Source: Marsupella aquatica (taxonomy: Eukaryota > Plantae > Marchantiophyta). From it: a stretch of DNA of 64,000 nucleotides. The DNA lies in assembly GCA_973895155.1 (NCBI GenBank), contig OZ316897.1, positions 20,736,260 through 20,800,259 on the forward strand. Reading direction: 5' to 3'. The notes beneath the pieces are model-generated. The model searched no databases. It saw only the letters and a list, made by a program, of their open reading frames with translations, and had not been told where the DNA came from. Positions 24,576-38,075 of this stretch are shown one piece after another. Position 1 is the stretch's first letter, and every line of letters starts with the position of its first letter. A program made the translations under genes and the position numbers.

Positions 24576-25949
24576 AATCAGAGTAAAATGAAAGAGGGAG
24601 AAGGATTGGACACTTCCCCCCTTTTATATGGCTAATTAGTTCGTGGACCCCCTAGTCACATTTTTTAGGCCTTGTTTGAGTAAGAATAATATATGTGATA
24701 TTAGCTTTAGCTCAAGTTGTGTGAGTCTATAATGGTCCAAAATGATCTGGTAACACACATTATTATGCTGAGATAATTTTACAAATTTTAGTGAAAATAT
24801 AAGATAAATGACCTCATCCAAATGTGATTTTGCAAGTCTTCACAATGACAAAAAAAATGAGTACTTTTAGCTTGAGTTTTGAGAGGCTAATATGGTTCAT
24901 AATGCTCTGCTAAGATATATGAGATATTTTAGCTAATTTTAGAACATTAATAAACCCAAGGCTCAGTTTTTTTTTAGTTAGTTGATTTGGGCATTGGATG
25001 ACACTATATTCGACCACTAAAGTGCCATGGGCACTTTGAGTTGAGAAAACTACTTTCTCAAGTTCAATTGAGAAGACTGCTTTTCTCAACAACGAACCCT
25101 AAGCTTTCTATTGTTGAGCCCTGTTAATTTGTAAAAGATTTGTCAATGTACTTTCAAATAATTGAAAATTCTAGAAATCTCTAGAATTGTGAAATCTGAT
25201 TCACACTTTGGCTAGTTTCAGACTTGTGAAATTCTGATTTATCACAAGTAGTTGTCAAACTCAGGCCTTTTCGTTACATGCAACCAAATTCTCAAGAGAA
25301 TCAATAGTCAATTCGTGACAAGTCCATTTGAAACCAGATCAATGTTTGATCAAATGAATTGTACCAATTCATTGAGTTCAAGTTCCGACCATGGCAGTTT
25401 GCTTGAATTGCAAAAGGAATGAAATATTACTCCATGTGCTAGTTATCTGTTAACAAGGAAGTTATCAAATTAGTTATTAATCATTATTTATTATATGAAT
25501 TTTTTTTCAAATCTTTGAATTTATTTTTAAAATTAGATACATAACTAAAACGGTTACATAGTGACAATTTTACCCATCTTGCTCTTTGTAGTTCTAAACT
25601 TTTATATTTCTTTTTACGGCATGGCGTCCCAAAATTTACATGCAAATTGATGTAAACACGAATGAAAATTGTAATATTTATAAAATTGAAGAGTCTTGTT
25701 TATTATAATTGTTGTTAACATGGCAAACTAGGGTGCCAGGAATTTTGGAAGTGACCTCTCATGGGTCCGTAACTAATGTAATGGTGGTTTAAAAGGAAAT
25801 GAATATAGTCGACCTATTGGAGTCCAGGGCTTATAAACTCTAGGGGTACCCGCTTCCAAAGAACTTTGTTTGGATTCTCCCTCTTCTCGCTCCCTCCCAA
25901 AACCTCCGTGAGCTCTAAGCAAGCCTTTCGTCTCCGCTGCTTGCTTACA

Positions 25950-26040
25950 TCTAGGTTTTGCTCGAAGCTTTGCTCGACCTTGCTCGAGGGTTTGTATCAA
26001 AGCTTGACTGTGCTCGACTTTGCTCGAGGGTTTGTATTGA
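25950..26040 (+). repeat. Short TGCTCGA-based tandem repeat in the eIF3g leader
   Basis: Five TGCTCGA copies and two TTGCTCGAGGGTTTGTAT copies; TATA-like TATAAA at ~25832; telo-box-like TAGGGTTT at ~26113. Confidence 0.7.
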
Positions 26041-26161
26041 GAGTTCTATTTGGCGGTGGGAAAACGTGGATGGAGGTTGTGATACAAGAGAGCAAGAACA
26101 GGATCGAGATTCTAGGGTTTTGCGACGATTGTTGAGTTTGGAGGAACGGTGAAGAGGCGAA

Positions 26162-27034
26162 ATGGCAGGAAGGAGGGATTTTCGGTGGGGAGATGAAGCG
26201 GATGAGGACGAGGGGATCGAGGGAGTCCTTCCCCCGACGCAGGTGATCGGGCCTGACGAGAAGGGAGTGAAAATCGTCATCGAATGGAGGAAGAAGGAGG
26301 ATGGTGTGAAAGTGAAGGTGACGACCACGATCCGGGTGAAGAAACAGATGAAGAAGCTTAATCCGGCCACGATCCGGAGGCGGGGCCTGAAGAAGTTCGG
26401 TGATGCGTTGGGGCAGAACTCGTCGGAGAACCTCACGGTGGTCTCCACGGAGGAGATCTTCCTCGAGAGGACCCGCCGCGATGGGCAGAGTGGCTCCAAG
26501 CAGGAGGAGAAGGGCGCCGATCTTGCGTCGCTGGGTAATGCCTCGCTCATCGTTTGTAGGACTTGCGGAAAGAAGGGCGACCATTGGACCTCGAAGTGCC
26601 CGTTCAAGGAGCTGGCGGCCTCGAGAGGGTTCTCTTTGGGAGACAAACCACCAGCTGATGATGATATTTCGGGACTGTCAAGCGGCCCGCCGGGAGCCGG
26701 AGGGAAGGGCTCTTATGTACCTCCCAGCATGCGAGGCGGCGGGAAAGGAGATGGAGAGAGTATGCGGAAAGGACGGGATGACAACTCAATTAGGGTCACC
26801 AATTTGTCCGAGGATACCAGAGAAGAGGACTTGCAAGAGCTCTTCCGGCCGTTCGGCCCCATTTCTCGAATATATGTGGCGTTCGATCGCGACACCGGGC
26901 TGAGCCGTGGGTTCGCTTTCATCAATTTCGTCAATAGGGACGATGCGGTGCGTGGTATCACCAAGCTCGACGGCTATGGCTACGATAATCTGATTTTGCG
27001 TGTGGAGTGGGCCACTCCCAGGTCGGACAGATAG
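26162..27034 (+). CDS. eIF3g: Eukaryotic translation initiation factor 3 subunit G; CDS has no introns
   Basis: 290-aa ORF with N-terminal WGD, zinc knuckle CRTCGKKGDHWTSKCP, YVPPSMR and C-terminal RRM (IRVTNLSEDTRE; SRGFAFINF; GYGYDNLILRVEWA). Confidence 0.97.
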   Translation: MAGRRDFRWGDEADEDEGIEGVLPPTQVIGPDEKGVKIVIEWRKKEDGVKVKVTTTIRVKKQMKKLNPATIRRRGLKKFGDALGQNSSENLTVVSTEEIFLERTRRDGQSGSKQEEKGADLASLGNASLIVCRTCGKKGDHWTSKCPFKELAASRGFSLGDKPPADDDISGLSSGPPGAGGKGSYVPPSMRGGGKGDGESMRKGRDDNSIRVTNLSEDTREEDLQELFRPFGPISRIYVAFDRDTGLSRGFAFINFVNRDDAVRGITKLDGYGYDNLILRVEWATPRSDR

Positions 27035-29413
27035 ATAGAGAGCGGATTTGGATGCTCGTTGTGGAGCTGTCGCAGATGGAAAAATATGAGTTAGCGTTGC
27101 TCCTTTTGCTAAACCTAAATTTCCAGGGAAGAGAGGATGAAGCCCCCGGAAGGTAAGTGTGCGCAACGAGGCAATTTGGTGAGAGCCCTTTTCTGAAACC
27201 CCTGACCTAATTGCAAAACGGAGTACTAGTACTGGCGGAGGGGTAATAGTAACCCTTTTGTATTGCCGCAATTGTAAGCACATCTTCAAGGCCCGAAACG
27301 CTCCTAGCACATGATCATGTTGGTGGCAGACACGCGGAAACCAAGGATGGCGGAGAAGTAGAATCAGAGGAGACAGAAGAGTTAGGAATGACAGAGGATA
27401 GGCTTCCCTGTTTTTTTATCAATTGCCAATTGTAAAGTTGGGGTTTCAAGTTTTGACTACAAAAGTTTCATTTACGGAATAAGCATCGTTTGTAGTACGT
27501 GCACCGTCATACTTGGTTCTGGTTGACTCCAGTGTATACTTTTTTTTGTGGTCATTTTGAGAGGGAGTTTTAGATGCTTTGCAGAATGCACCTCAAAATT
27601 GGAAGCAAGTTTGAAACATGTGCCGAGTGAGTCGATCGATAGACTCCTAAAGTCAGTCACTATGAGTGTATTCAGTCGTTCTCACGAGCCCCTGGTATTG
27701 TCTATCTCGAATGAAATCGGGCTCCCTCTCTGCGAAATTCGTAAAATAATCTGCCACGTAGCCGTTATGTATACATTCCGCACAACTAAGCTCATTCTTA
27801 ACAATCACTCAATACACTGGTCTCTTCAGTTGTCACCATGGCTGCATCTCTCATTTTTGTTGCGGCAGTTGCGCTTCTTCGAGATTCAACGACAGATAAT
27901 CACCTCAACTAGTAGGCACGGACCTCAGATAATATTTCAAAGACTCATAGAATTCGACTACCCAGTTGGGTAATTCTAGCATCCTTGCATTGACATATTC
28001 CCTTAACCATCCGGAGCCGTGACCAATGCTGATCATCTGCATAATTGCGTACATCTTCTCGATCTTTGAGAAGATTGCTCGCTGGACTCTTTAACTGTGA
28101 AAGGTCGGGCTGCATTACACTATAGTAACTCATTTAACAGTTGTATCTAGAAGATAGCCTGTGTGTTGAAGCAGATCTAATTTTCTATCTTTTGACTCGA
28201 AACATTTCTTGAAATTCTGGTCTTCTCTTTCCTCATCTTCGTGCAGAGGCCATTCTTTTCAAAGAGAAGGAATACTTGGAACTTTACAATGGTGTCTTCA
28301 TATGTTTGAAAGAGTAAGAGAATTTTTTTTTAGATGGAAAGAATACGTTATTCTGCAGTCAAAGGGTGGGTGAAATTTATAACTCGTCTTGCGGACAAAA
28401 TCTCGCTCATATTCATTGGAAATAAAGACCGACGTTATCAACTAACTTCTGACACTCGTTCCAATTTGGAGGTTGGAATGCGTCATTATCAGTTTTCTAC
28501 GTCAAATCGTGAACACCAATCACTAGTCAGAACTAGAGCAATTATTGCACAACCCCGGCGACGCCAATCAAAACCGATCAAATATGGCTCTCAAAGCTGT
28601 ATCTGACCATGCTGAGAAGTAGTAAACTCATTTACATGCCTGGTCGAGAGCATTGGGTAAATTCAGTGACACACGAGAGGACAATAATGAACAGGATCGC
28701 ATGAAGGTCTATGAACAATTTATCCAGAGGGAGTAACTCATTCCCAACAAAATCGATGAAACGCCATACCAAATGAGTATCACAATACTCAGAACAACCT
28801 TTCAAAGAGGCAAGCGAAGAACGTAATAATATTGATGTCCGCAATTACTGATAGTACCACGGTGTGTGACCACCGGCTGATTATTTGACCGCTCCAGACA
28901 ATAACGGCGGAAACAATCTGTACAGGGAGCCCAGGACAAAAAGCTAACTGTTCTCTCATGTCAATTCACTACCTGCTTCCTCTGCTTACTTAAAAGTAAG
29001 CCCTCCTCAGGATGCAGAAAATTGGAAGAAGAACCGAGTCTTCACAATCTTCATTCCGTCCCTCATCCGTTATCATCAATCCTTCACCCGATGACTCTAT
29101 ATCAGGCATGTGAGGCTGATAAGCTTCAAATCGAGATCAATGTCGTGTAGAGATCTCCTTGACCTTCTATATATCGAATCAGTCCCCATTGACAGAAGTT
29201 ACCACCATCTCCTTGGGGCAAACAACCTCAAATACTGGGCCGCCATTTTTCCTGCTGTTTGCCGCCATTTTTCCTGCTGTTTTCATTATTCCTGTTATAA
29301 CTTAAATTTCTTCGTATGGCGGGACCGTACAGTACAGTACCGCAGTGGCAGAGACGAACGGAAGGAGAAAGTCTCCATGACTTGATGGACCCAGTCGTCC
29401 TTCGCTTTGCTGC

Positions 29414-31876
29414 TCACTCCTCTTCTTCGTCCCACACATTGGCTAGTTCATCAGGCTCCCGCTGATTAGCACCAACATGCTCCCGGCGCCGTTGCTTTGC
29501 CTTTACTTTCTTCACATACTTGCCGGCCTTCTTTTTCTTCTCCAGAGACCTCGCCTGCAATGCCGCAAAATCAAAGAAATTCACTTACATATTCATGGGT
29601 AGGTGCATAGATTTCAAAGCTTTTCATTTCCATGATGAACTCCTCCTTGCCAGCCCCAACGGAAAACCTTATAATGCAAATTCATTGAAAGGGAAGGAGG
29701 CCGGGCAGCGGATGAATCTTCAAAATTCGACTCAAAAGCCATGAATATCCTGGTAAGAAAGGGGAAGCACCCTTGGTTAGACTCAGGGAGGAAAGTTGAA
29801 ATTGTACCAAGTTCGGAGAGACATAGAAGGGATTCTCATAAAGCGTCTGTCCGCCGAAACTTCCACTGAAGATCTTGATCGGATTCAGACAAAACCTTGG
29901 CCCCACCTACAGACCGTTACATTTCTTGACTGTCAGTTTCAGCTCTCAAAGAGTGAGAATCCAATGGTCTACAGTATCTAACAATGTCACTGAGATCCAC
30001 AGGATCATCCGTGTGGTTGACCCGACATCCATGTTTCAAAGACGGGCCCATATGGACATAGGGATCGACCTATGAAAAAGAATATTTCCAAATCTAGGCG
30101 ATCGACGGATGTACCTCAATGAGAGTCATTTTCTCCAACGAAGGCTTATCTATCTTGTTCAGGTTGTCAGTGCCATATTGAGTCGGAGCTATCTGTGTGG
30201 AAGCGACAGTAGGGAATTGCCTGTTAGTGTCACGATTTGACGTAGAAAACTGCAGTAAGCGACATGGCAGCATGGGTGGAAAGTTTGTCCTCACCTGGTA
30301 GTTGCGGAACCAAATATGATTATCGACGACGGAAAAGGCGAACACATGGTCAAAAAAGGGCTTCGACTTCCGGTGGTCTTTGGGAGTGCAGTAAACCTGC
30401 AGGTTATGACAAGACTATCAGCCGTCTGAAAACATGTCCCCCACTCGTTGGCTTGCATAATCTAGGGTGGGTAATGAAACCCTGTGTAAAGTTGAAGATC
30501 CTGAACTAAAAGGACCAGAAATCAAATTCACCATTACCTGCAGAAGGAGCTCTTTCAACACTTGAAGATGGGGTTGCTCATCAAAGACAGATGAGAATGT
30601 GAGAATTGGACGGGAGCCCTTGAGGTGATTTCCTGTCAGCTTGAGCTCAGCCATCGTATGCACTGCACCACAAGTACAGGACTTTCAGCAAATGTCATTT
30701 CTTCACTGGCCAGAGAATGACATCTCCAAACTACCAGGTGTATTCAGAAATCAGAAACCTCCACTGCTCAACTGAGCAATTCTTCTCAAACATTCTTGGA
30801 TTTGCAAGGGAGAGGCCATTCGGATATGAACCTGATTGCAAAGTCCTACTAAGAAATCATAAAATTCCAATGACTACAAGTAGAGGAATCTTGTCCATAA
30901 AGTATAGGACATGCAAGGGGAAAGCCATTGGGGTTTGGTCTGGATTACAAACCTCCGCTAAGTAAGAATTTGGCAGATGGACCAGAAGGGGCCTTTGAAA
31001 TCCACATGTATAGATCCTTCTTTTTCCTGCACTGCGCTCATTGAAAGCCAGAGAGGCACATGAATTTCGATTTAAACACAAAACCCTAAACCCTTATGCC
31101 ACTCCCACCCACAGCAAATACACATCGCCTTAATTCGGGCTGAAAATCATCGGCTCATCTCGTACCGAAGGTCCGAGGAATGCCACATCAAAGCCCAATA
31201 AATTCGAACCGTAGATTTCAAAATTGGAAAGCCCGAAGCACCGCCGTCACTCCAATACTCCACCACTGAAGGTCCTGCACCGAATCCACATACCTCAAAA
31301 AGAAGACAGCTCGAGCACCCTTTCAAATCGGCCAGCTCATTCAAGGTGGCTGCCTTGTTATCCTTGCATTGGACCTTGACGTCCCTCTTGCTGTGAGGTA
31401 ACAACGCCGCCATATCCATCATGAGGTGCCGATACCTGCGTCAGTCTCCACACACTTCAAAATCTGCAGCAACATTCTCAATTCTTGTGCTCCGGCCCAA
31501 GTTGGAGGACGAATTCGAAGGACAACAGCAGACCAAAAACAGCTGAACACCAAAGAAGAAGAAGAAGAACAAAAACATCCAGAGGCACAAACAGAGGCCA
31601 AATGGGAAAACGATGAGTATGATGCGCGTGGGGAGTGAATTACCGGAACGTGATACGACGGGAGCAGAGAATGAGAGTCTTCTCCTTGTTTCGAAACCTG
31701 GGAGCTTTAGCGTCGTCGGCTTGTGCATTCTTGTTCGCGTCACCATTCTCATGACCCGCAGATGCTCCTCCTTCTCCTTCGCCACCGGACAGCAGCTTCA
31801 GAAGAGAGCGCTTGCGGGGGGGCTCCAGGGGCAGTGGGGGAGTCTCCGCCACGACCATCTTCCGCTTCTGCCCCAT
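29414..31876 (-). CDS. BRX1: Ribosome biogenesis protein BRX1 (Brix domain), 8 exons
   Basis: Exons about 31876-31644, 31435-31294, 31031-30953, 30662-30538, ~30395-30295, 30192-30115, 29906-29808, ~29554-29414, all GT-AG. Motifs RYRHLM, HTMAELKLTGNHLKGSRP, HIWFRNYQ, EVGPRFCLNPIKIF. Confidence 0.95.
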
Positions 31877-32014
31877 CGCGTGTGCTTGCTTGCTTGCTTG
31901 CTTGCTTTCACTCCGCCCCTGCTGATTTGTGCAATGGTCTCGAGCAATATCGATTGAAATGATGAAATTAGTGCGGATTGTAGGAAAGGAAGAGAAGGAA
32001 TTGACGAGAAAAGA

Positions 32015-32032
32015 GTCTTAAACCCTAAACCC
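32015..32032. promoter_or_regulatory. Telo-box AAACCCTAA upstream of BRX1
   Basis: AAACCCTAAACCC at ~32020 and another copy at ~31082 in an intron; telo-boxes are typical of plant ribosome-biogenesis and translation genes. Confidence 0.55.
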
Positions 32033-32610
32033 AGGCTGCGGATTCTTTCTCCTTCGCGAAAAGCTCAGTTCCTGAGAGTCAGCGACGACGGAAGGGTTTA
32101 TACAGTTACTGTACTTCTACTGTAGGACGGCCTTCTTTACACGTTACACCCTTGTAATGCCACTACACTACCTGTTATAGGGCATCTCAAAAGTGGGTCA
32201 TTAGTGAAAGTTATAAATTTGTGATATATGTCATAACTCTGGTTATGGGACCCTCTTCTAGAATTTAAAAATGGGAGGAGCAACATTGACTTGCCCCATA
32301 AAGCAGGAGTTACGACCTCACCTGTCTCATAGCATATATTGCTTTTACCTCTATTCTTGATCAGCTGCTGTCTCAAATGCAGTAGCAACTCATCATGTCA
32401 GAAGAACATCCCACGTGCATTCAGTCGTGGCTTTCCGGACTTTTGGATTCCTTGATTTTTGGATTTGCGCCTAAAGTTGCAGGAAAGTTATGGGTTAAGT
32501 GTTGAACCCACAGGTAGCCAACCATTGGCTCCCATAACTTTGCAAGAATTCTCATAATACTTGAGTTATGGGAAACCCTTATCTTACTAACTCCAAGCTT
32601 TGAGACGCCC

Positions 32611-33160
32611 TATTGTAGTTCCATACATTTTCAAGGTAAGATGGCCTTCTTTACATGTTACACCCATGTAATGAAGCTTCTGACATTACTATTGCAGCTT
32701 TATACATTTTCAAGGTAAGATGGCCTTCTTTACACACTACATCAGTGTAAATAGAACTACTATTGTAGCTGTATACATTTTCATAGTAACACTGCCTTCC
32801 TTGCACATTACACCAATGTAAAGAAGCTTCTGGCACTACTCTTGTAGTTTCATACATTTTCACCGATTGATAGCCTTCTTCAGACAACCCATGTAACGAG
32901 GCTTCTGACACTACTCTTGTAGTTCCACAAATTTACATGGCAAGATGGCCTTCTTTACACAAGACACCCATGTAATGAAGCTTCTGGCACTGCCCTTGTA
33001 GTTTCATACATTTTCACCGTTTGATGGCCTTCTTTACGCAAACCATGTAATGAGGCTTCTGACACTACTACTCTACTCTTGTAATCCACACATTTACATG
33101 GGAAGAAGGCCTTCTTTACACAAGACACCCATGTAAAGAAGCTTCTAACACTACTCTTGA
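32611..33160. repeat. Tandem satellite, ~7 units of ~71-83 bp
   Basis: Units start near 32611, 32690, 32761, 32840, 32915, 32994, 33077; consensus TTGTAGTT.CATACATTTTCA..GATGGCCTTCTTTACAC..CACCCATGTAATGAAGCTTCTGACACTAC; partial copy at ~32125. Confidence 0.9.
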
Positions 33161-33876
33161 CTTTTGACCAATGGACCCAGCTTTGGGATTCACGAGCATG
33201 CCCCACGCTACAGTAATTGGGATAGTGGTTGTAATATTCCCACATATCTATGCAGTGATGTAGTAGCCGACCCATAGAAAATACGCACGGGACGTTTGTT
33301 CAATTTCTTGTGACCAAAGCACTCCCTAATCTCGTTATTCTTGTAATTTTCCTGTGCGCATGGAGGTCAGTGCCACAGATGAAGTAAAACGTGTAGGTTC
33401 AGAGCACACCAACATGGCGTAGGATTTTGTGGGGGTGGGGGTGGGGGTTGGGCCGAAGTACTAGACAATTCCCTGCCATACAAAAGATAGAAATAAAGGT
33501 CTGATTTAGACACCATTCTTGTTTAACTTGAGATAATCAAATGGGGGTTCTTTCCAGGTTGCCACTTTGGCTTTGGAGAATACAGTTCCCTCCACCTCCT
33601 CACATTATGGTCACCCTATTGAATTCATGGCTCTCAGGCCAGCATCGCTCGTTGAATCTTGATCATTAAAATTGGACCGACTCTGAGGCTTCTTTCTGGA
33701 CGATCTTCCCCTCTGGGTGCATTTTCTTCGAGCTTACTCTTGCTTGCAAGCACCAAGTAATCGGTACTGTATTGAAAACAAAGAACCGGCGTTTACTGAA
33801 GATGACTTCTTGAAGACTCTCTTTTCGATGCAGCTTCTGAGGATTAACTTTCTTGGCCATGGGCAATATTTCACGA

Positions 33877-36800
33877 TTAAACCTGTAATTGTGAGAAGCT
33901 CAAGTCAAGTCCTAGCTGTGCACCTGGACAGGATGTGAACGAGTCTTCCTGTAAATTTGTGTCAGCCATTCTTCGCTTCACAGCTGGAAGCCTACAAGCT
34001 GACCGACATGTTAGACCAAGGCCAAAGAACAGAGGTTCAAGGCCCTGTTCACCCAACAGACTAAATCCACAGACTCCATAATACGAATGTAACAGGTCAG
34101 GATATCCCACTCGTGGAAACTTGGAGAACCCACCCCACTGCAAGCAAGGACACAAAAGTACAAACACATCCATGAGAAGTATATCCAATTTTCTTTCTCT
34201 TACCAAAAGCTAAGAGCAGAAATGTAGTGTCACATGAGTGATGATAATGACCAGAAGTTCAATTAAATTTCGAGGTGAGATCTCTAGGAAGGGGAACCAA
34301 CCGCAATATACAGGAGAATTACCTTGCTCTGTGAGGACAATAAGAAAGCCCGGAGTGCTTTTTCATCACATAGGTGATCCATGCCAAACATTCTTAGAGC
34401 ACCTCCAATCCTGAGGCAGATTTGCGAAAGAAATAGATCCAAGAGTCAGTTTCAAGTCACGGCTAAACCTTTTTGTGGACAAAATTGCGTTGTGCATTTG
34501 CAATGAGATCAGAAATGTACCAGAAGGCATAGCAAGTGTCAGCTGGTTTATTTGGTCTGCCTTGGAAGCCACCGCTTTTCGTCTGTCTCTGCAAGGAGAT
34601 AAGAGAGAAACAAAATTATCCAATTAGGCTACGAAAGTATTAATCAAAACAAAAAGTTCTATAACGGCAGGTAAAAGAAACAGCTCACGTACGAAGACGA
34701 TGATCGCTTGAAAGTGTAAAATATCTCATATGCATCCCTAGGACAATACACCCTTAGAGAAGACAGCTTTCCTGGACTAACCTTCACGCACCAGTCCAAT
34801 GCACTCTGCAAATTGATGAGAGAAGCCAATGGCAAAGTGGGTGGCCACTCAGGATCAAATTGTGTAATCAGCCACAGTGCAGACAATCCACAATATGTCG
34901 CCCCTCCTTAAAGACAGATCCAATCACTAGTCAGTTGTAGAGCCGGTTTCATCAATTCGGCAAGTAAAAAAAAACAAAAAAAAACGGCAGGTTACTCGGG
35001 AGGAAGGTAGTTTCCAATGCAGCTCTTAAAAAAACGGTATTTCTAACGGTTCGAAGTGATGACCAGATCACAGATATTTCAGTTCAAAGTCTATCACAGG
35101 CTGTGTCAGCAGCAACCACTTCGGCAATATATGACTCCAAGTTGTCACTATATTGCAGACTGTACCGAAAACTGTTGATGTTCACAGAGCGACCTTGGCA
35201 TAGACGTCTACGATTTCTCGTAAGGTTATTATTTGGCCTGAACGTGTCTCGGTAGAGGGATTTCTAGGTCTAAAGTTTATTTTCCTTGCTGGACGACAGG
35301 CAGGAAAATGTCTCTTTGAATAGCCATGACACGAGTGGGTGCTTCTTTCTTCCTAGAAAAGACCAAAAGAGCAGCACTTTGAAGGAGTCTGCCTGTGAAA
35401 TTGGCCTGGAGACTGCGAAAAGATAGAATGCGACGCGGTCCACGGTAGTTAGAAAGATTTGTTCGAACATGAAGATAATTCCTTGGAGTAATACCTTTAG
35501 CATGTTACTTTTAACTCACTAGATAAACAAACTTTTCATTAACAACGGTGATGATGGACTCCATGGACTGTACCCATGCCTATACAGATCTTGTGTTGTA
35601 AAAGAGCTCACCATGACACTCCAATCCTGGTGACAATCCGAAGCCTCCCTCATATGACTGCAACCAAACGCCAGATTAAGATAAGTTAAGTGACAGTTAA
35701 GGCTCAAAGCAACGAGCCTTGAAACAAAAAGATGGATGAATCGCCCTAATCCTCGGAACATGTAGTTTTGCCAGCTTCAAACCTGACTCTTGATGATATA
35801 GTCGACTGCTTTTTGTCGATCCATACCAGTCCAATCATCCAGCATTGTGCAAATGGCAGCTGGTCCATTAAAAAGAAACAAGTAAATACGGCTGCTGCTC
35901 TCAGTGGACCAGACGAGGAAATTACAGTGACTTGTCAATACTTGCTCGAGAGGGAATCCTAACGTGAAAATAAAAAACCAGCGAAGTTGTTCGGAAACAT
36001 TCTCCTCGAACTTAAGATTAATGCAAGGAGACTCCGAACATGTGCAAATAGACATTAATTATTTACCTGCACAGAAAACAAACCTCAAATCTGTCTGTTT
36101 GTCCATATGTATGGCAGAAAAGCTGCCAAATTACGTATTTCTTGAGTCAGTCATCCTAGCAACATTTCGACATAATGTCCACAGTGAACCAGCATGTGAA
36201 TATTGTGTCAATAGAAAAATTGGTGACAAGGGTACTAAACATAGCAACCTAAATCACACAGGAGCAGAATTGCTTCTGATCCAAATCAGGAAGGAATTTT
36301 CACCTGCCATCTGTTTGCTGAAGTGCTCTCATAGACTTCAAGATGGCTCCTCTAGATACCCTTGAGAAGTCATCACCCAAAACGGTAAGAATGGCTAACG
36401 CTGAGTACGTCATTGCTAGGTGACCCCCATCATAGAGCAAAGGTTGAGCCTGCTCATGCACAAGACAATAAGTATCATGAGCTTTTTTTTTCCGTTATCT
36501 TCCTGGGTTTCCCTCGGTGCCATCCTTTAGCAAACGAGAAACCTAATTTGTTGCTGCCAATGTGGTCAAGGCATCGTTCCTTGCCAGATATTTGTCATTC
36601 TCCACACAGTCAAGGAACAAAAACACTGCGTCAAAAAAATTCGTCTGAGCAAATGGAACCGAACAGTGAAATGACGACCGAAACAGCTTTTCAAATATCC
36701 TTTAGATGTTAAACTGAAGTATGAAAATTCCATCCATTACTATGAGCCTCAGCTACTGACAATATTCAGCAACATTGACACCGTTTTTGGTAATATTGAG

Positions 36801-38075
36801 CTCCAGTGCATACAAAATTGCAAATCAATAGGCATGGCTTTTGTGAATCCATCAATTGGACCAAGCCACGTTAGCTCGGTAATGATGGGTGGTGAAGGTA
36901 AGCATCGTACCCCATTAGGACTGAAAGCTATGCCAATCGAAGGTGAACCCCGAAAACCAAACGAAATATCTGCATCAATAAATAGTACCAGAGAGTCAAT
37001 GAGGAAGAAAGTTACGCTCGCTAAGCTCACCGGTCTTTTCTTTCTTACAAAAGTGAACTGCAATTGACTCCTTGTGTGGGATCCAGTCAAGGTTTGCGCA
37101 CCATCAGACTGAGCTGGAGAATTGGAAGAGTCATCGGCAGACAATGGGAGCACCTGCAGTCCATATACCCACGCAATCGTGTCTTCCACAGCGACCTAGA
37201 ATTCCAACGGATTGTGCCCAACATGATAAGACGTCTGGTTCGGTACATACTAGGCATTCTGCAATTGCTTGGTCCACACAAAGTATGTACTAGGCAGCAA
37301 GTAAGTATCATTAATACGCAGACAAAGCAGTCCATCTCATCAACAGGAAGAGACACTCTTCAACAGGTTAGGGTTCACTGGACTGTTGTTAAAAAACAAT
37401 GAAGTTCGGAACTGTTTCGAAATAACTTAAAATTCCAAGGGCCTTTGCGAGGTAAGAGATACAAGAGCCAAGAAGAAAGCTGGCGAAATAGTCATCGGTT
37501 TGCAAGGTGCGAATCATCACCATACGATCCAATCACCCCTGAGCAAACTATTGGCAAAAAGGAATCCCTTGGAAGAAATGCACAAAATCAACGAGGGACG
37601 AGTAGTTTGTGTAGCTCCTGACCTGATACATAGAGCGAAGCCAGTGGACGGTAGAGATAACATAACAAGATGTGCCATGCGATCTTGGGGTAACAACTAT
37701 AACGAGCTCAATTGCTCAGCCTTGTACCATTATCAAGGATAATTTCATCAACCATCCAAAATTTTGTTGGTCTGAGAAGAATCTGAGCGAAATCATTGAA
37801 AGAAGTGGAGAAAGTGGGGTAGTCGTCGAGTTTGTTAAGCTCATAACCTGATCCAAAGAGCTCAGAATGTCGAGAGCGGAGATGACAAAATATGCCAAAG
37901 ACATACGGCTGCTTTCCTCGTTGCTGTAGGCTCCGGGAAGTTCCTGCAACATCCAATTGAAATACTGCAGGTGCATATCTCGTTGAAACTTGGGCTGCTG
38001 CTCATCCTGATCCTGTTCCTGATCCTGATCCTGATCCCGGCTGCTGCTATTGTCGTCGCTGCTGCTGTCGCTCAT
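33877..38075 (-). CDS. GGB: Geranylgeranyl transferase type-I beta subunit, ~11 exons
   Basis: Spliced motifs SLAYFVISALDIL, FGFRGS, GHLAMTYSALAIL, DLRFVFCAAAIC, SYEGGFG..PGLECHGGATYC, GFQGRPNKPADTCYAFW, GGFSKFP..PDLLHSYYG; all introns GT-AG. Confidence 0.95.

Noticed and set aside
25951-27310. Long antisense and alternate-frame ORFs over eIF3g (231, 195, 174, 167 aa)
   Set aside because: Expected shadows of a GC-rich coding sequence; no domain features.
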